A DNA stretch of 61,449 nt, filler included. It is 6 parts of 6 records of this genome, joined end to end, with 100 filler letters (N's around TTAATTAATTAA, not from the genome) between each part and the next. Parts side by side here need not be neighbours in the genome. Positions count along the whole stretch, not along the records: positions 38,827 to 46,344 come from DRR378314_510; positions 46,445 to 51,762 come from DRR378314_514; positions 51,863 to 61,449 come from DRR378314_522; 3 more parts are not named here. One strand, given 5' to 3'. Below the pieces are notes generated by a model. That model worked only from the letters and a program-made list of their open reading frames with translations. It was not told the origin of the DNA and did not search any database. Each line of letters opens with the position of its first letter. The stretch's first letter is position 1. Both the position numbers and the translations under genes were made by a program. Positions 42,001 through 55,200 of the stretch are shown one piece after another.

Positions 42001-42500
42001 GCGCGAGGAACAACACGACTGCAACCCGGTCAGAAGCGGTGAACTCGTCATGTTTACCAATGGAACATTATGCACCAAGGCATGCACGTGCGTGTGGAGG
42101 AACAACGGGATCGGCGGAGGCGCGGCGCAGCCTTTGCCTTGCCAGAGCGGACGCGCGGCTTGGCGCAGGTCGCGGGCACACAATAGCCACTGGCCAACAA
42201 CGAGAGTCGCGGTACAATGAGAGCACGAGGAATGCACACGCATCTGACAGTGTACGCCATTGCTAAATAATGTTAAATTGATGTGCTTCCAAAGGCTCTG
42301 CGGGTGTATCAAGTAGTGAGCGCGCGCGTTAAGAAACGGGAGTGCGACCGCGAGAGGGAGACGGTGCCGAAAGCCAGAGCGTACCGCGGACCAAACACCT
42401 TGCGTCCGAGAATAGATGTCACTTGTACGGTCACCACTCGAAAGAGAACGATCGCTCCAATGAGCCCGAGAAGCCATGACACAAGAGCTGATGCCAACAT
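39047..42500 (-). CDS. N-terminal region of a BLTP2/SABRE/FMP27-like bridge lipid-transfer protein (spliced, 3'-partial)
   Basis: Phase-consistent exons 42500-42385, 41845-41428, 41181-41040, 40916-40808, 40051-39959, 39708-39531 and 39178-39047. N-terminal TM anchor followed by beta-rich segments (RFAVDTIGIGYARKVQAVI; RNPFFLLEISGLQFSLK) resembling SABRE/KIAA0100 N-termini as I recall them. Confidence 0.5.
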
Positions 42501-43529
42501 TGCTTCCCTTGTCGATTACTTACAGGGTGCAAACCGCACGGGGCGCCGGAAAAGCCGGCAGCGCGCGCAGCGCGGCGGTCCCGGGAACTCGTGCGAGGGC
42601 CAGCTGCACTCCCGCGCGGCGTCAGCTTGCAGCGAACGAGAACGGACTTATCAGCAGCAGATAGTCAGCCCTGATTCGTATATATATGCGTAAATGAATG
42701 GATATACGTCTGCAACCACGCACCGCCAAAAATTCTTCCTTTCTGGCTGGGGCTGCAGATGCCCGGGGCGCGAGAACTACAGCACTGCGCAAGGGCGGCA
42801 GGTGCAGCGCCGAGCGCGGGCGCGCGGAGCAGTATGTGTTCACATAATAGGGTCGTATATCAGCATCCACCGTTCGTGCTGGGATAATAGGGTCGTGATA
42901 CAACAGCCGCAAGGCCACGCGCGCGCGAGCCGCTGTCGCACAGCAACGGCCACAGCGCGCGGGAGTGCGCGCCGGGGACGACCACACTCACCGCCGCCTT
43001 GCCGTCCGAGCCTTAGACTGTCATAGCATTATCGTGGCTCAACAAATAGAGGTGAAAAAAGGAAGAAGCATCTCGTGCCTGAAACACTTTTGTCTTGCTG
43101 ACTGACAGCAAACAGGCTGAAACAGTGAGCACTGTACGGTACGACAGACGTTGCCGGACCGTGCCTGCGTCCAACTCCGAAGATCGCTCGCAGCGGCTGC
43201 GCAGTCCTTTGCGGTTCACTGGTCGCAAATGGCAATTTTGATTGTCCAAAGAGTATGAATGTTTGGTAGAATCACTTTGAAATGTTATTCGTAAGCACCG
43301 TACTTCATGGGGGGAGGGGGCTCAGTGGGGGCGGAAGCTCAACGTCAGCGGACTCTTTCCCCATCGACGCCGCGTGACCCAGAGAAGCAGTCAGTGCTGT
43401 AGTTCGCAGCTGCTTCCCTACGTCTGCTCTACCCCCCAAAAAATAATACGCACGCTTCCTAGGTTCCTTCATTCACTACCTTTTTCTCCTCTAATCGTCC
43501 TACTCTTTTTTCCTCGGTACATTCTATCG

Positions 43530-45618
43530 ATGAGCGTGCAGGCTTGGGCGATGCAGAGTGCAGCTACCGCGGTTGTCGACCCGGTGGTGCACGCACCTCG
43601 CGACCCAACCGAAGTCACGGAGCTCTACCTCGGAAGACAACGCGCTCGTGAAATTCAGGAATCGATCTCTCAGTTTGCGTTTTTAGACACATTGTGGTTA
43701 AATGACAATCAGGTACGGGACGGTGGTCAGCGTGCGTGTCGACACTGGGCATTGCAAGTCTTGTGGTCCCAGTGTGTACCACGTTGCTCGGCAGCAGGGG
43801 ACCGGTGCGCCTGTCGCAGCAGCGACGGCGCTGTCGCGCACAGCGCTGCGAGAAAAGGCGCGCCAAATCGCGCGCGCGTCACAGACATAAGCCTCTCGAG
43901 ATATATCAGCCAAAACTTGCCGCATTCTAATCGAAATTTTACTACTGTTTCGCGCCTGGGCGTCTGATGACGGCGTTCGCTGCATGCTTCCCGTCGACAG
44001 CTGCGCTCCGTCACAGCGCTTTCGAAGAATGCTCGGCTGCAAAATCTACACCTGCAAAACAATCTCTTAAGCTCTATTGGCCCTGAGTTTCGAGCGTTTA
44101 AGCATTTGCGACATCTTAATCTTGCCAATAACAGACTTCGAAACCTTGACCACTGCATCGCGACGCTCGCGCATTTGCCATTCCTACAGTACCTAGGTGG
44201 GTTCTCCGTCGCCGTCTCGCACGGACCGGTCGCGAACCAGTCACACGTGCAGGCAAGACAGTTGCGTCCGATGCTGAGCTTCCATACGAACGAATCGCTG
44301 ACGAGAAATAGCAGTCAACAAGCGCATTATTGTGATCAATACGTGTGTGATTTTTGTGTTCCGTGCTCCTGTTTTGGATCTTGGAAATAGACATGAGCGG
44401 AAATCCAGTAACAGAGGAGCAAGGGTACCGGGAACGAGTTCTCCGCGCAGTTCCGTCTCTCTCCGTCCTCGATCGTAGAGGTACGACACACTACTCCCGA
44501 TACGCGGACGTATGTTCCCGTGCATCGCAGCGTATCGCTTTGTTCGAGGCTTTCCTCGGCGGAGTGCGCGATGGGATCCCTTGGGCATGCACGCGCGTGC
44601 ACTCGTATGTACGCGATCAGCCGCGTCGCAACGTCTGCCAAGGGGCGAGCGGAAGCACACAGGCTACCGCAGCACCAGCGAAAGACTTCGTCCATCGCAC
44701 TACCGTGCACACGCGCCATCTGTGTTCGACGCAGAATCGCGAGCACTCCCTTTCACCGTAAGGCGTTTCACGCTGTCGCACCATGGCCGCGTGCGAGACC
44801 GAATACGCGGCTATGCAGGGCAACACGCACACATGTCCTGCGACGCCGCACATGCGCTGCATCGAATACATACCGCCCGTAAAGCACAGGACGCTTCGTA
44901 CTGTGCTCACTATGTACTGGCATTTCAGTAGCACACGTGTGCATTTGGGCGCTTCCTGTCTGCGTTCTGTGTATGCAGAAGTACTTGAGAGTGAGCGGCA
45001 TGCCGGTGCTCGTGCCGCTGAGGACGGCGGCCGTGCTTCAAAGCACGCGCGGACGCGCATTGCATTTGGAATGAGCACGGCACCGCGGCGCTTCCAGCGT
45101 GTGCGTCTCAACTGGAGAGAACCGTCGGCTAGCGAACAGCGTCTAGCAAGGTACTTTGAGTGTTTCTACCGCACCGGTACACGACGCAGAGTGGCATGAT
45201 GCATAACGAGTCGCGCGCTCCTTCGACGCAGGCCAGCGCGTGTGCCAGTACCGTCACTGTCTTCCCACCCGACCTGTGGATGTACATTGCACGTCTGTAC
45301 TGGACAAACCGCTCCAGACATACCCTACGTGAAGGGATTTACTATTGTTGCGATCGCACGTATGCTGATTGCTGGACAGCTGATTTGCGGTTCGGCGCTG
45401 TGTATCCAGCTGCCGGGACCGTGCGTACCAACGATGTGCGAGAGATTCCACTCCGTCGTACACGAACGTGCTCTTTGCTTCCAGCTCCGCTACGCGACTG
45501 TGGTCCTCATACTCCGCTCGGTACCTTTTCTGTATTGTGTATTGTTCTCAGGGAGGCGCATATGATCCTGACGCGGCGAAAGGAAGCGGGGCGAGCGCCT
45601 TCCCTTGCTACGAGTACG
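43530..45618 (+). CDS. Leucine-rich repeat protein, LRRC72-like (spliced, 3' end unresolved)
   Basis: Exons 43530-43712, 44001-44196, 44391-44480, 44979-45150 and 45552-45618. LRRs LDTLWLNDNQL, LQNLHLQNN, LRHLNLANNRL; LRRcap GNPVTEEQGYRERVLRAVPSLSVLD; downstream IAFG. Confidence 0.7.
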
Positions 45619-46344
45619 GTACGCGGTGCACGAACGTCCTAAACGCACCAGTGTAACAGGAACTTACCATGTGCCCTACCACGAGAACCTGCGGGGTGGG
45701 AGCAGGGACGTTTTCCCCCGTATCACATCGAGAAGGTGCGGGTGGGCAGCGCAGCAGGTGCAAGGGATTTACGCGGCGTAGCGGCTACCTTTGTGCAGGA
45801 TGTGGCAAAGTGCAGCAGAGGGAGCGCAAACGAGCAGGAGGGCATCCGACAGCACGGCAACGGATCGCGCTCCACAAGGCGACGCGGCGATTTCTACGTA
45901 CTGCGCTCCTTCCGCCCGCTTCTGACGCAACTCATGGAGACACGCTCCCCACACAGACGGCGAAAGCGGGAGGGGTCACGCCCAGGTCCGTGAAATTCGC
46001 TGTCCAGGCGCGCCTGCACGCACATTGCACAGCATCTCCGTGTATTTCGATGCCGAGAGCGCGGGGTGTGCACGCCTCGCCGCCGCACCGGTGCGCTGTA
46101 CCTCGCCCTCCGCCACCTTCGCGAACGCACTGCCGCCCCTCACTTTGTCGGGCGTGCGCAATTGTGACAACTCGCAGGCGGCACCGCGGGAGAAGGCGCG
46201 CAGCCGGTCGTGCAAGAGTCCCACGTGCCTCTGTGAGTACCGCGGAGCCCGCGTGAGAGCGCGCGAGCAGCGCACACCGCCTGCTTCCCGCAATCGAGAA
46301 CCACCGCGGTCCAGTGCTCCCGGCGGCGACGGGTATCGCAGAGG

Positions 46345-46444
46345 NNNNNNNNNNNNNNNNNNNNNNNNNNNNNNNNNNNNNNNNNNNNTTAATTAATTAA
46401 NNNNNNNNNNNNNNNNNNNNNNNNNNNNNNNNNNNNNNNNNNNN
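46345..46444. other. Artificial contig spacer
   Basis: Same linker. Confidence 0.98.
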
Positions 46445-47711
46445 CACTGCGGCGCGACAAAGCTACTTGATAAAAGCGAAAGTATCTCTCGCTGCGCACA
46501 AAGCCGACATCAGCGTGCTTCTTTCTTTTGGCTCTGGCCAACGTCGCACCTGGGCAGCATGAGTGAAGTGCCTTGAGCAAGGACGCAGTTTTACTGAGCT
46601 CAATTCTTGCCGCTATCAATACTTCGGCGTCGCTGATGTTCTCCAGCGTATGCGTGGCAGGCATGCGTTCCGCTGCTTTGTGTCGAAGGCGAAGATCTGA
46701 TATACGTTCTGGAGTAATCGTTTGCAGTGCGCGCCATAGCGCTGTCGACGGCAGAGCGCGGGCGGCGTTCACAAGCGAGGCGATGGCCTCTCCAGGATCG
46801 GCAGCGCGCGCCAGCAGCGGCCGCGCGGCTTCGAAGCACAAGACCGCCGCCTGCATCAGAGCCGACGGGCCTATCCGAATGCAGTCATCCCAAAGCTCAA
46901 GCACTGCATCTCGTGTCGCTGTGTTTGTATACATACACACAAGCCACTCGGTAACAACCATTTCGAGCGCAATCTCATGCATTGCGAGTGTATCGACGAT
47001 GTCGAGCGCGTCTTCTTGCAGTACGGTGAGCAACACGCGTGCGTCGCGCATCAAACCCGTCATGGAGTGATCGAAGTAGTCGACCAGTACATTTCCACAT
47101 ATGAATTCGAGACCTAGCAGTGTAAATGCAGCACTCCCGCCGATACTTTCGATTTCTTTGGCAAACTGTACCGTATCATCGTCGTACACAACAACGAGAT
47201 GCAGGGCGAGATAGCCCATGCCCTGTACGTAGCCGGTTTGCGGGCGCGATATCGCATACGCCAGCAGCGCCTCGCGCAGCGCAGTTGTCTGGCGCTCCGT
47301 GGGCTGCGTTGTAAAAGAAGCACATGTGTATACGTAGAATGTCAGGATATTGATACACGAAGACCAAAAGTAAGAAACAAAAATACATTGGCGAGGTCGT
47401 TGCAAGGAAATACAGGAGAGCCAACGGTAGCGCGTTAACGGGTGCGCACGCACCATCGTGCCGTACACGGCGGTGCGGTCAATGTCCTTTTCGAGATCAT
47501 GCCACGCGCGGAGCACAGCAGCATCCGCTGCACCTGCTTCACCATTTACGAGCTGCTGCAGGAGCTGACGGGCCGCGGATACCGATGTCGCTGCAGATTG
47601 AAGCGCGTGGCTCACGGAAGGTGCGCTCCGCGCAAACGCGGCCAGCCACGTCGACACGCGGCTGGTCGGACTCTTGCTGCTTCCAGGTGGCGTAGCTGAG
47701 AAAGTCGACAT
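46445..47711 (-). CDS. TBC-domain Rab GTPase-activating protein (intron 47453-47304; 3' end unresolved)
   Basis: Arginine finger LEKDIDRT, glutamine finger GYVQGM, WLVCMY, VLELWD. Confidence 0.85.
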
Positions 47712-48516
47712 GGCCACGTGTACGGAAGGGCCCTGACCTGTTCTTTGCTATGCGCAGCTGCGCATCCGAAAACAACCAACAAGGAATAAAATATTAAGTA
47801 CCGGTTGTGATATTTGGGCGCTTTTGGTAAGGTTTGGGCGAAGCGCTCGTGGTAGCACGCAGTTTTCGGAGGTGGGATTCCAAATTCGGAGAGCCCAGCC
47901 GTTGCGGGAGGGGTGCAAGGAGAGTTGCATTTGCACCGCAAGGTGCCATTGCGACGCAATCGGTGGCTCTTTCCGCCCTGCCTATCTTTTCTTTCTACAA
48001 TGATGTATCCATTCCACATAGGGCAACTTCCATTTGATCGCGTGGCACAGCAGCACGTACTCAGGGTTACGTGCCGTAACTATGCGCGTGCGTTTGGCTG
48101 CACAGTCGCTGGCACAGCGTAACCTCGCGTGTCGCTGCCGGGCTGCGCGTACATCCAAACGCACCGCGGATGTGATCTTCCGGCGAACCGAGACGGCACG
48201 CAACTGCTTGAAGAAAAACTCTGAGCGCAATAGAAAGGCGCACGGCGCTAGCTGGGTACCCCGAGAGGTAAATGCCCGCGCGTGGTTCGCGCTGGCTGAG
48301 AGCTGCTGGGCGGAAGCGTGCATCGTTGTGCAGGCGCAACGCACCACTACGCGCGAGCGGATAGTTTCGCGCTCCTGAAATGCACTGTTATTTAGGGAAT
48401 TTCTCCCTTTCATGTCGACTTGGACAAGTTGCCCCTGCGCCGCGGCCCGTGGGCAGCCACGCGGAACCCATCCGCCATTCCGTAGCCGATCGGAACCGGC
48501 TGCAGCGTAGATTGAT

Positions 48517-50496
48517 ATGACCGACAACCGCGCAGTATCGCAAAGGCGTCGCAGGGGAGTGGGGAAGCCGCAGCGCGGCCGTGGTGGACGTGGTGCGTAT
48601 CGGAGAGCCGACGATTCTCGCGGCCTTGCGAGGAGCTGGCTGCGGTCAGAGGCTGTGTGCTGCCTGCCAGTGCGCCACCTCACGTGTGGCTTCTGCTTTG
48701 TTGCGTAGGCTATCTCCGTCTTTTCTTCCGTGTGGGTATATAGTATACATAAAGCAACTTCTACTTCGCTGACCGGGCGACGAAGACGGGCGGAACGCAG
48801 TGGGGGGGATCGAGCTAAACTTTCCGAAGCTTGGCTTGGCGCGTTGGCTGGCGCTTTCCCGTTTGCTTGTGCGGTTGCGGGTTGGCGCCTACGCGACTGT
48901 GCTACGCCCATGCACAGTGCTGCGTGCGGCAAGGAAAGAAACGCTTCTGTGAAGCATTGCACAGAAGAGGTGTTTCTGGGCTTGACAGCGGGTTTGCAGT
49001 ACAGTAGCATGAGTTAGGGCCGCTGTTGCTGGATAGGCCGGGGTGTGCCTGTGCGCGCGCGTCGCTTGCTCAAGCGTCCGCTTGCGTCACCGACGTCCCG
49101 GCGTGCAGAGCGTGACGTGCAGCTCTGGCAGCGCGATGGTCATCTTCTCCGGGTGCTCTTTTGCTGTTGCTTCACCCACCATGCTCTACAACCGCTTTGA
49201 TGTGTACAGTCAATTTCCATTTATGTGGCCTTTCTCGTGTCGCGACTCCCTTGGCGGTGTGTTCGACGTCGTTCTTATGCTGTGACACGCAGGTGGTGCG
49301 GCTGGAGGAGGCGGGCGCGGACGCCGCGTGCAGCAGGGCGGCGGGCCGCGTGGCGGTCGGCGCGGCGGCCGCGGCGGTGGCCGCGGCGGCCAAAACCGGC
49401 GCCAGGCCAAGCCGGCGACGAAGGACGACTTGGACCGGGATCTGGATAGCTACTTTGAGCGCCCTATTCCTAAGAAGGGACAACCGTCGCGCGAAGTAAG
49501 TCGACGAGCAGTGCTGTCGCCAACGTGCGGGTGTTGTGGGTGCACGCTGGACGCGAAAAGGAGTGCACAGTGGGCAGACAACCGATCGCAGCGTGTTGGC
49601 GCACACACGTTTCCTCCTCTACACCGCGCTTGGCGTGGGGGTTTCCGGCTTGCACAGTCGCGATTCTTGCGTGGATTGAATTGATTTTCTAGTCTCGCAA
49701 AACAGGATGCCAAATGGCCGAGAAAGGCATGGGGAATCTGGATGGTAGCGTCTACAGGGCGATTGGCGAATGGAATTTTTTTGGATACGTGTACAAACGA
49801 ACAGCCAGACTCTTGTGTGCAACGTTTTGTGGAGGCTGCTTTCGCTGTAGTGGCGAGTAGCGTTTCATGGCTTTCTATTGCGATGCAGCCGTAAAACAAT
49901 GGTTTGGCATCATACACACATACTGGCACACTGCGCGTGTATGGAAGTTCGGACTCATTCTTGGAGTTGGTGTCTCGCTGCAATGCGGCTACAAGTGAAA
50001 GCGAAGTGTCGCCGAAAGAATGATCGTAGGCGCAACTGCTGACAGGCTGTTCGTTTCGAATGCAGGGCGGCTCTGTCCCGAGCTACGCGGTTTCGTTTTG
50101 GTGTCCATCTTTCTTTGCAACACGTGAATTTTGCTTCTATAGGTTAGGAGGCTTTCGGCGGAACGTTTTGCGTTGTACTACCTGGGTTGAGCTTCTGAAG
50201 CGGTTGCGACGCTCGCAAGCGCACCTTTGCACGGGCTGCAGCGGAGTTGACCTTGTGCTCGACAGGGCAGAGATCGATGGGGCGTTTTCTACCGAGAATT
50301 TTGTTGAGACACCCCGCGCAGCTTTGTACACACGTATCTTCTACCAAGCATCCATATAATTGACGCAAGTTCCGTGTACTTTTATGTACGCCGCGGATTA
50401 CGTTGCAGGCTCTTGATGATGAGCTCGAGGCGTACATGGCTGGGCCGGCCGCTGACGCCGCTGAGGCTGCCGACGGCGAGCAGCAGGTGGAGAACG
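48517..50496 (+). CDS. CHTOP/FoP-like RGG-rich mRNA-export adaptor (spliced; last exon uncertain)
   Basis: Exons 48517-48592, 49293-49495 and 50409-50496 encode an RGG tract followed by two FoP-type motifs, TKDDLDRDLDSYF and SREALDDELEAYM; no RRM seen. Confidence 0.7.
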
Positions 50497-51405
50497 GTAC
50501 GCGTGCATCGGCGATCGTACATGGGTTTTGCTGATGCGACACAAGGCGGGCCCAGTTCCTGGTAGCGCATGCGGAGAAACTTGTTCCATTTGCTCGTAAA
50601 GTGGTGAGAATGGCCTTCGTTGCAGGCCAGGCGGGTGTGCATGCAAGTGTGTCAGGTTTGCCTTGTTCGGCTTTGTGCGGGGCGCCTAGCTCGAACCTGG
50701 CGGGAAGCGCGGGCTTTGTGATACGCCTATTCTGTGGGGTTTTAGTTGCGGATGGTGTAGTAATGCGAAGGTTTGCTCTCCTTTGCGCCTTGCTAGTGAG
50801 TATATTCTTTTTGTAGTTAGCGTTTAGCTGCAGAAGACGGAAAGCGGAAGCGTGCACCACGACTGCAATGGTGTCTTGTCGCAGCATCTTCGTCGCAAGC
50901 TTGCTGTGCTGCAGCTAGTTACACCATTTCCCTTCTGTTTTCCAGATCTAGGCATGTGCGATGGATGGTTGTCGTGCCTGCATTGCCATCGGGTCTGATG
51001 TCGATCGTATTTGCATTTTTTGTTTGGCGTTTCGGGGGTCACGCGCTTGTGAGCACAGCTGCTGTCATTGCTAGTGTGGGAGCCAGGAAGGCACGCGTAG
51101 CCTTGAAGCAGCAATGGCGAAGGTAGGACACATGGGAGTGGCGTATCTAAGCGCTGTACTTTCTGAAAGCGTTCGTTGAGCGACACTAACGCTCACCTTG
51201 TACACTTTGTGCCGGTGTAGGTGAGAGTACGGAGGCGGCTCTTGATGAAGGGGCCAACGATGGCACGGAAAACGCAGAAAGCTGAATCTGTCTTTAATGG
51301 CAGGGGTCCTAGCAACGATGTACCTTTGTTTTCGAGGCGGGGTGCAAGAAAGTCGTATTCTTGGCTCAAGCATCTCTTTGTTGGCTAATAAAAAGTGTTG
51401 AGCGT

Positions 51406-51710
51406 TTATGTGACGCTTTCTGCGTTGACGACAGGTCGGTTGTTGCCGGGTGGGGCAATGTTGGTTTGTTCCACCGGGTGTGAGGCGTCGGTAACCCCAA
51501 GGCTGTGGCCCCGCGGTTCATCTATGGGAGCTCGGGATCCACGATTATTATTTTTTTGGCGAACGAAGTACGCTGCTATGCATCCCAAAAGGAATGACTA
51601 CACACAGGAAGAGAGTTCATATTAGATATTCCAAGAGGGAAACGTGGTACGTACATATAGTATAGAAGGAAGATCGTCTGAAGGCTGAGAAAAGTGCGCA
51701 CTATTAACCG
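51406..51710 (-). CDS. Probable last two exons of an unidentified membrane protein
   Basis: Exons 51710-51655 and 51597-51406 flank a 57-nt GTACGT...TGTAG intron and give ...PSILYSFLLGCIAAYFVRQK...ESVT*. Confidence 0.35.
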
Positions 51711-51762
51711 CTTTGAGAGATGAACCACGGGGTAATTTGATTTGATTTTATTTTCGTTAGAT

Positions 51763-51862
51763 NNNNNNNNNNNNNNNNNNNNNNNNNNNNNNNNNNNNNN
51801 NNNNNNTTAATTAATTAANNNNNNNNNNNNNNNNNNNNNNNNNNNNNNNNNNNNNNNNNNNN
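51763..51862. other. Artificial contig spacer
   Basis: Same linker. Confidence 0.98.
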
Positions 51863-51942
51863 ATACAATACAATACAATACAATACAATACAGTACAGTA
51901 CAATGCAGTACAATGCAAACACAGATGCAAATGCAAATGCAA
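51863..51942. repeat. Compound microsatellite (ATACA)6 decaying into GTACA/ATGCA and (ATGCAA)3
   Basis: Read directly at the contig start. Confidence 0.9.
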
Positions 51943-52259
51943 AAGAGTCACCCTCGTGCGTCTGGCGATCCGGTGAACCGCATCATCGCCAGAGAATCTA
52001 CCCGTTAGAACTCGTGCAAGACACGGTCGCGCGCATAGCGACAATATTCATGTTTGCAATGATGGTGAAGCACCAGTTGACTGTGCGCATTGCGGCCACA
52101 ATCCGTGAGCACACGCGCGCTAGTACGCGAGCCACGGCGCTTTCCGCAGCGCGCACAGCGTTCCTCTACCTTGGCACACAACCAATGCCGAGCGGAGTCC
52201 ACGCGGGTCGAGTTCGCCAGTGCGAGTGTCGTGCACCCGATCGCACTGAAACATCGATG

Positions 52260-55200
52260 CTACTGCGATGGGACGTACCGATACTCTTTATCAAGTCGAT
52301 CGCGGAGGGACTGAGGTTCGTCAGCTTCCGTTGAGCTCCCGAGGAGTACCGGCTTATCGTGCTCAAACGGGTTCGTGGCGAGCTCGCGCATAGCCGACAC
52401 AAGGCGGTCAGGCGCGCACCCACGCGCGTACGCGTCTAAATCGCCCACAGTTAACGCACTACTTGCAAGGACAATCTCTCTTTCGAATAGAGCAGTGAGC
52501 GAGGGCGGGACGTCCAAGTGCCCATCGCCGGGAAATACTCTCTCGCCACCGCTGTTCCATGCGGGGGAAGCCGACGCGAACACGGCTGCGCCTGACGACG
52601 GGGAGGAGAGCGACTGGATCGACGACGAGCGCAACGTGCTGCGCGAAAATTTCGCCCCTAATGCCCCACAAAGCAAATGCGCATCATCTAGAGCAGTTTG
52701 GCCTAAGAGAGCGTCCGCGTACGGATTGAAACAGCTGTCCATCTCAGGCGCTCGCGCTGTGCTAGAGCTCGTCCCCGCTCCGCCGCTGGACGAGCTTCCA
52801 ACAGCTTGGTGGCGCGCGCGGACAGCTGCAGGCGCGCGAATCCCGCTTGTTCCCTTTCCGTCTGGCTCTTCCTCTCTTGGAATGTGCATCGACAGCGAGC
52901 ACGCAGAATCATTAGGAAGTAGCGTAGCGCCATTGGAACTGGGACGGTTGCCAGCGAGCGAGCTCTCGCCTCGATCGCTCGACGTGCTCCCTGATCCGCT
53001 CGATCGCAGGCGGGAACTCCGACGACGCCGAGGAGCACTGTCAGATGGCACTTCGGCTGGAATCGCAATATCGGACCAGGAACGGACAACATTCCACGCC
53101 AAGGCCACGGACGAGGTTCCGCACGGAGTGATTATTGTAAAGTGAGAGTGCGTGCTGTCCTCGCCAGAGAAAAGGTCACAGACCAACGCGAGGCGCGCGC
53201 GGGCCATATAGAGTAGCAATCCGCCCCACCATGCCCCTTGCGCAGCCTGCTCGGAGAGCCGGCGCGCGTCACCTGCGCGAAGATCAGAGGCGCTGTCGGG
53301 AGTCCGCGCCCACAGTACAGCCGTAGTCGCACCGGGAGGAAGCGTATCGGGACGAACAGACGATATGGGCACAAAAGCACGCGTGTGGAGCGAGAATGCT
53401 GCGCCTACGGCAAGACCCGATTGCATTCGGTCGACACCCACAGCATCGCCCATCTCGATTTCGGCTGCGGCAACAAGCGCACCCGAGTCCACCCGGAAAT
53501 ACAGGGACCCACGGGAAGCGTTTGCAATGATTTCACTCGTATCAACAGCTGGCACGGCAAGAATTACGGAGAGAGGAGTTGTGTCCGCGCCAGAGATCAC
53601 ATCCTGCAGCCCATGCACCGTAGATGCGTCCGGCGTTGGCGCGGACGCCGACACAGGAAAGCGGAGAGAGGAAGTAGCACCGAGCGGCGGAATTGAGGGA
53701 AAAGCAGTACAGGACCATGAGGTCGCTCAGAGGAAAAAAATGCGCCAAACCCAACCTTTCCGCCAACAAAAAGCCTCGATAGAATTCACAGTCATTCTCA
53801 TAGAAACGCTTCGTCTGCGGTGGTCAAAAAGGTTTCATTCCCTCTTATGCACGTAGTGAGCGCCGCAAGACATAGCCACTTGCACATTTCATGCACCACA
53901 GTGGGCGCGCGATACTCGCATCAACAGGTTGCATTCTGGAGCATACTGGCCTTTTACAGATCACGGTGTACTGGTAGAAACGATCATGGACTACACAGAT
54001 ACGATGAATGATAATGGGGATATTCTTTGCGCTACGCCAGGGCCATATGAAAACGAATGCGCAACAACGATGCGGTACGAACGAGGCATGAAGAATTAAC
54101 TAGCAAATGCACCAGCAAACACCGAGGATATATGATATTATCAAGGCAGAGGAATGATTAAGATGAGAACAAATATGAAGATTGCGGGCAACACACGGAA
54201 GGAAAGCGTACAATGCTCTTACCTCGAGACGCACAACGGTTCCATTGAACCGCTCGGCGATCCGGCGCAGCGCCTGCCAGCCCTCCACGATCAGAAAATC
54301 GCGGCGCGCGCTCGGTTCGTGCGCCAGAGCGTCGACGTCGAGACCCTTCCGCAGAGACTCCAGAGCTCCTCCTGTTTCTACAAATTGCAGCGCAATATCT
54401 CTTTTTGCAAATTGTGCGCATAATCCCGCTGTCTCGAGAAACCGGTCAAGGACAGCGGCAAACGCCGTGCGGGCTTCCGCCGCGGCGTTCGCAGCATCCG
54501 CGTCCCCAGGCATCGGCAGGAGAGCGAGCTCCTCCGCGCTTCCCGGGTAGCCAAAGAAAGCAGCAACATCCCGGCGGCGACCACAACAGGGCCCGACAAC
54601 AATTGCAAGATTTTTACCATCTTTGCTTGCTTGCTCGGGGCTATCTGATTCGTGTGAATCGAGATACACGGCATCCCAAGGCGCTTCCGAGAGAACCTCG
54701 GCAAGAGAAAGCTGCAGCGATTTCACTGCAACGCAGAGGCGACACAGCACCGGAAACGTCCCGCCGTACCGCGTAGCAGCGTAGGCGGAGAAAGCGGAGC
54801 ACTTACATCAGCGATTCAATCGGCAACAAGGAAACTTTGGCGCCAGGTTCACCGAGTTTGCCACGATGAGACGAAGGCGCAGGCGGCGTGGGGTAACGTG
54901 CCTGCTTGGCCCTGCGGCACCGCAGCAGGAGGAATCGGACGGCGTGCTGCTGCCGCTGCCGCGCGCCGAAACTCGGTTCCAAACGCCGACACATTTGGCG
55001 CGCGCACTTCCGTGAATGGGCTCGTTCGATGGGTACCGGGCGATAAACGCGAATCAAAAAATTTATACGCCCATTCAACATGTCGATATCTGCACGCGAA
55101 AGGAGGCGTGAGGTGCCCACACCAGGACAGTACGAACAACGCAAGACAAGGTCACAACGGCGGCGATTCCGAAAGCGCGGCGCAGCAGCAGTGCGCCCCG

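Noticed and set aside
48593..50408. Intronic snoRNAs in the CHTOP-like gene
   Set aside because: No convincing box C/D pair with terminal stem found by eye.
51166..51186. Minus-strand peptide SLNERF resembling the animal CHTOP N-terminus near the CHTOP-like gene
   Set aside because: Opposite strand, downstream of the gene, GTG start and no supporting context; treated as coincidence.
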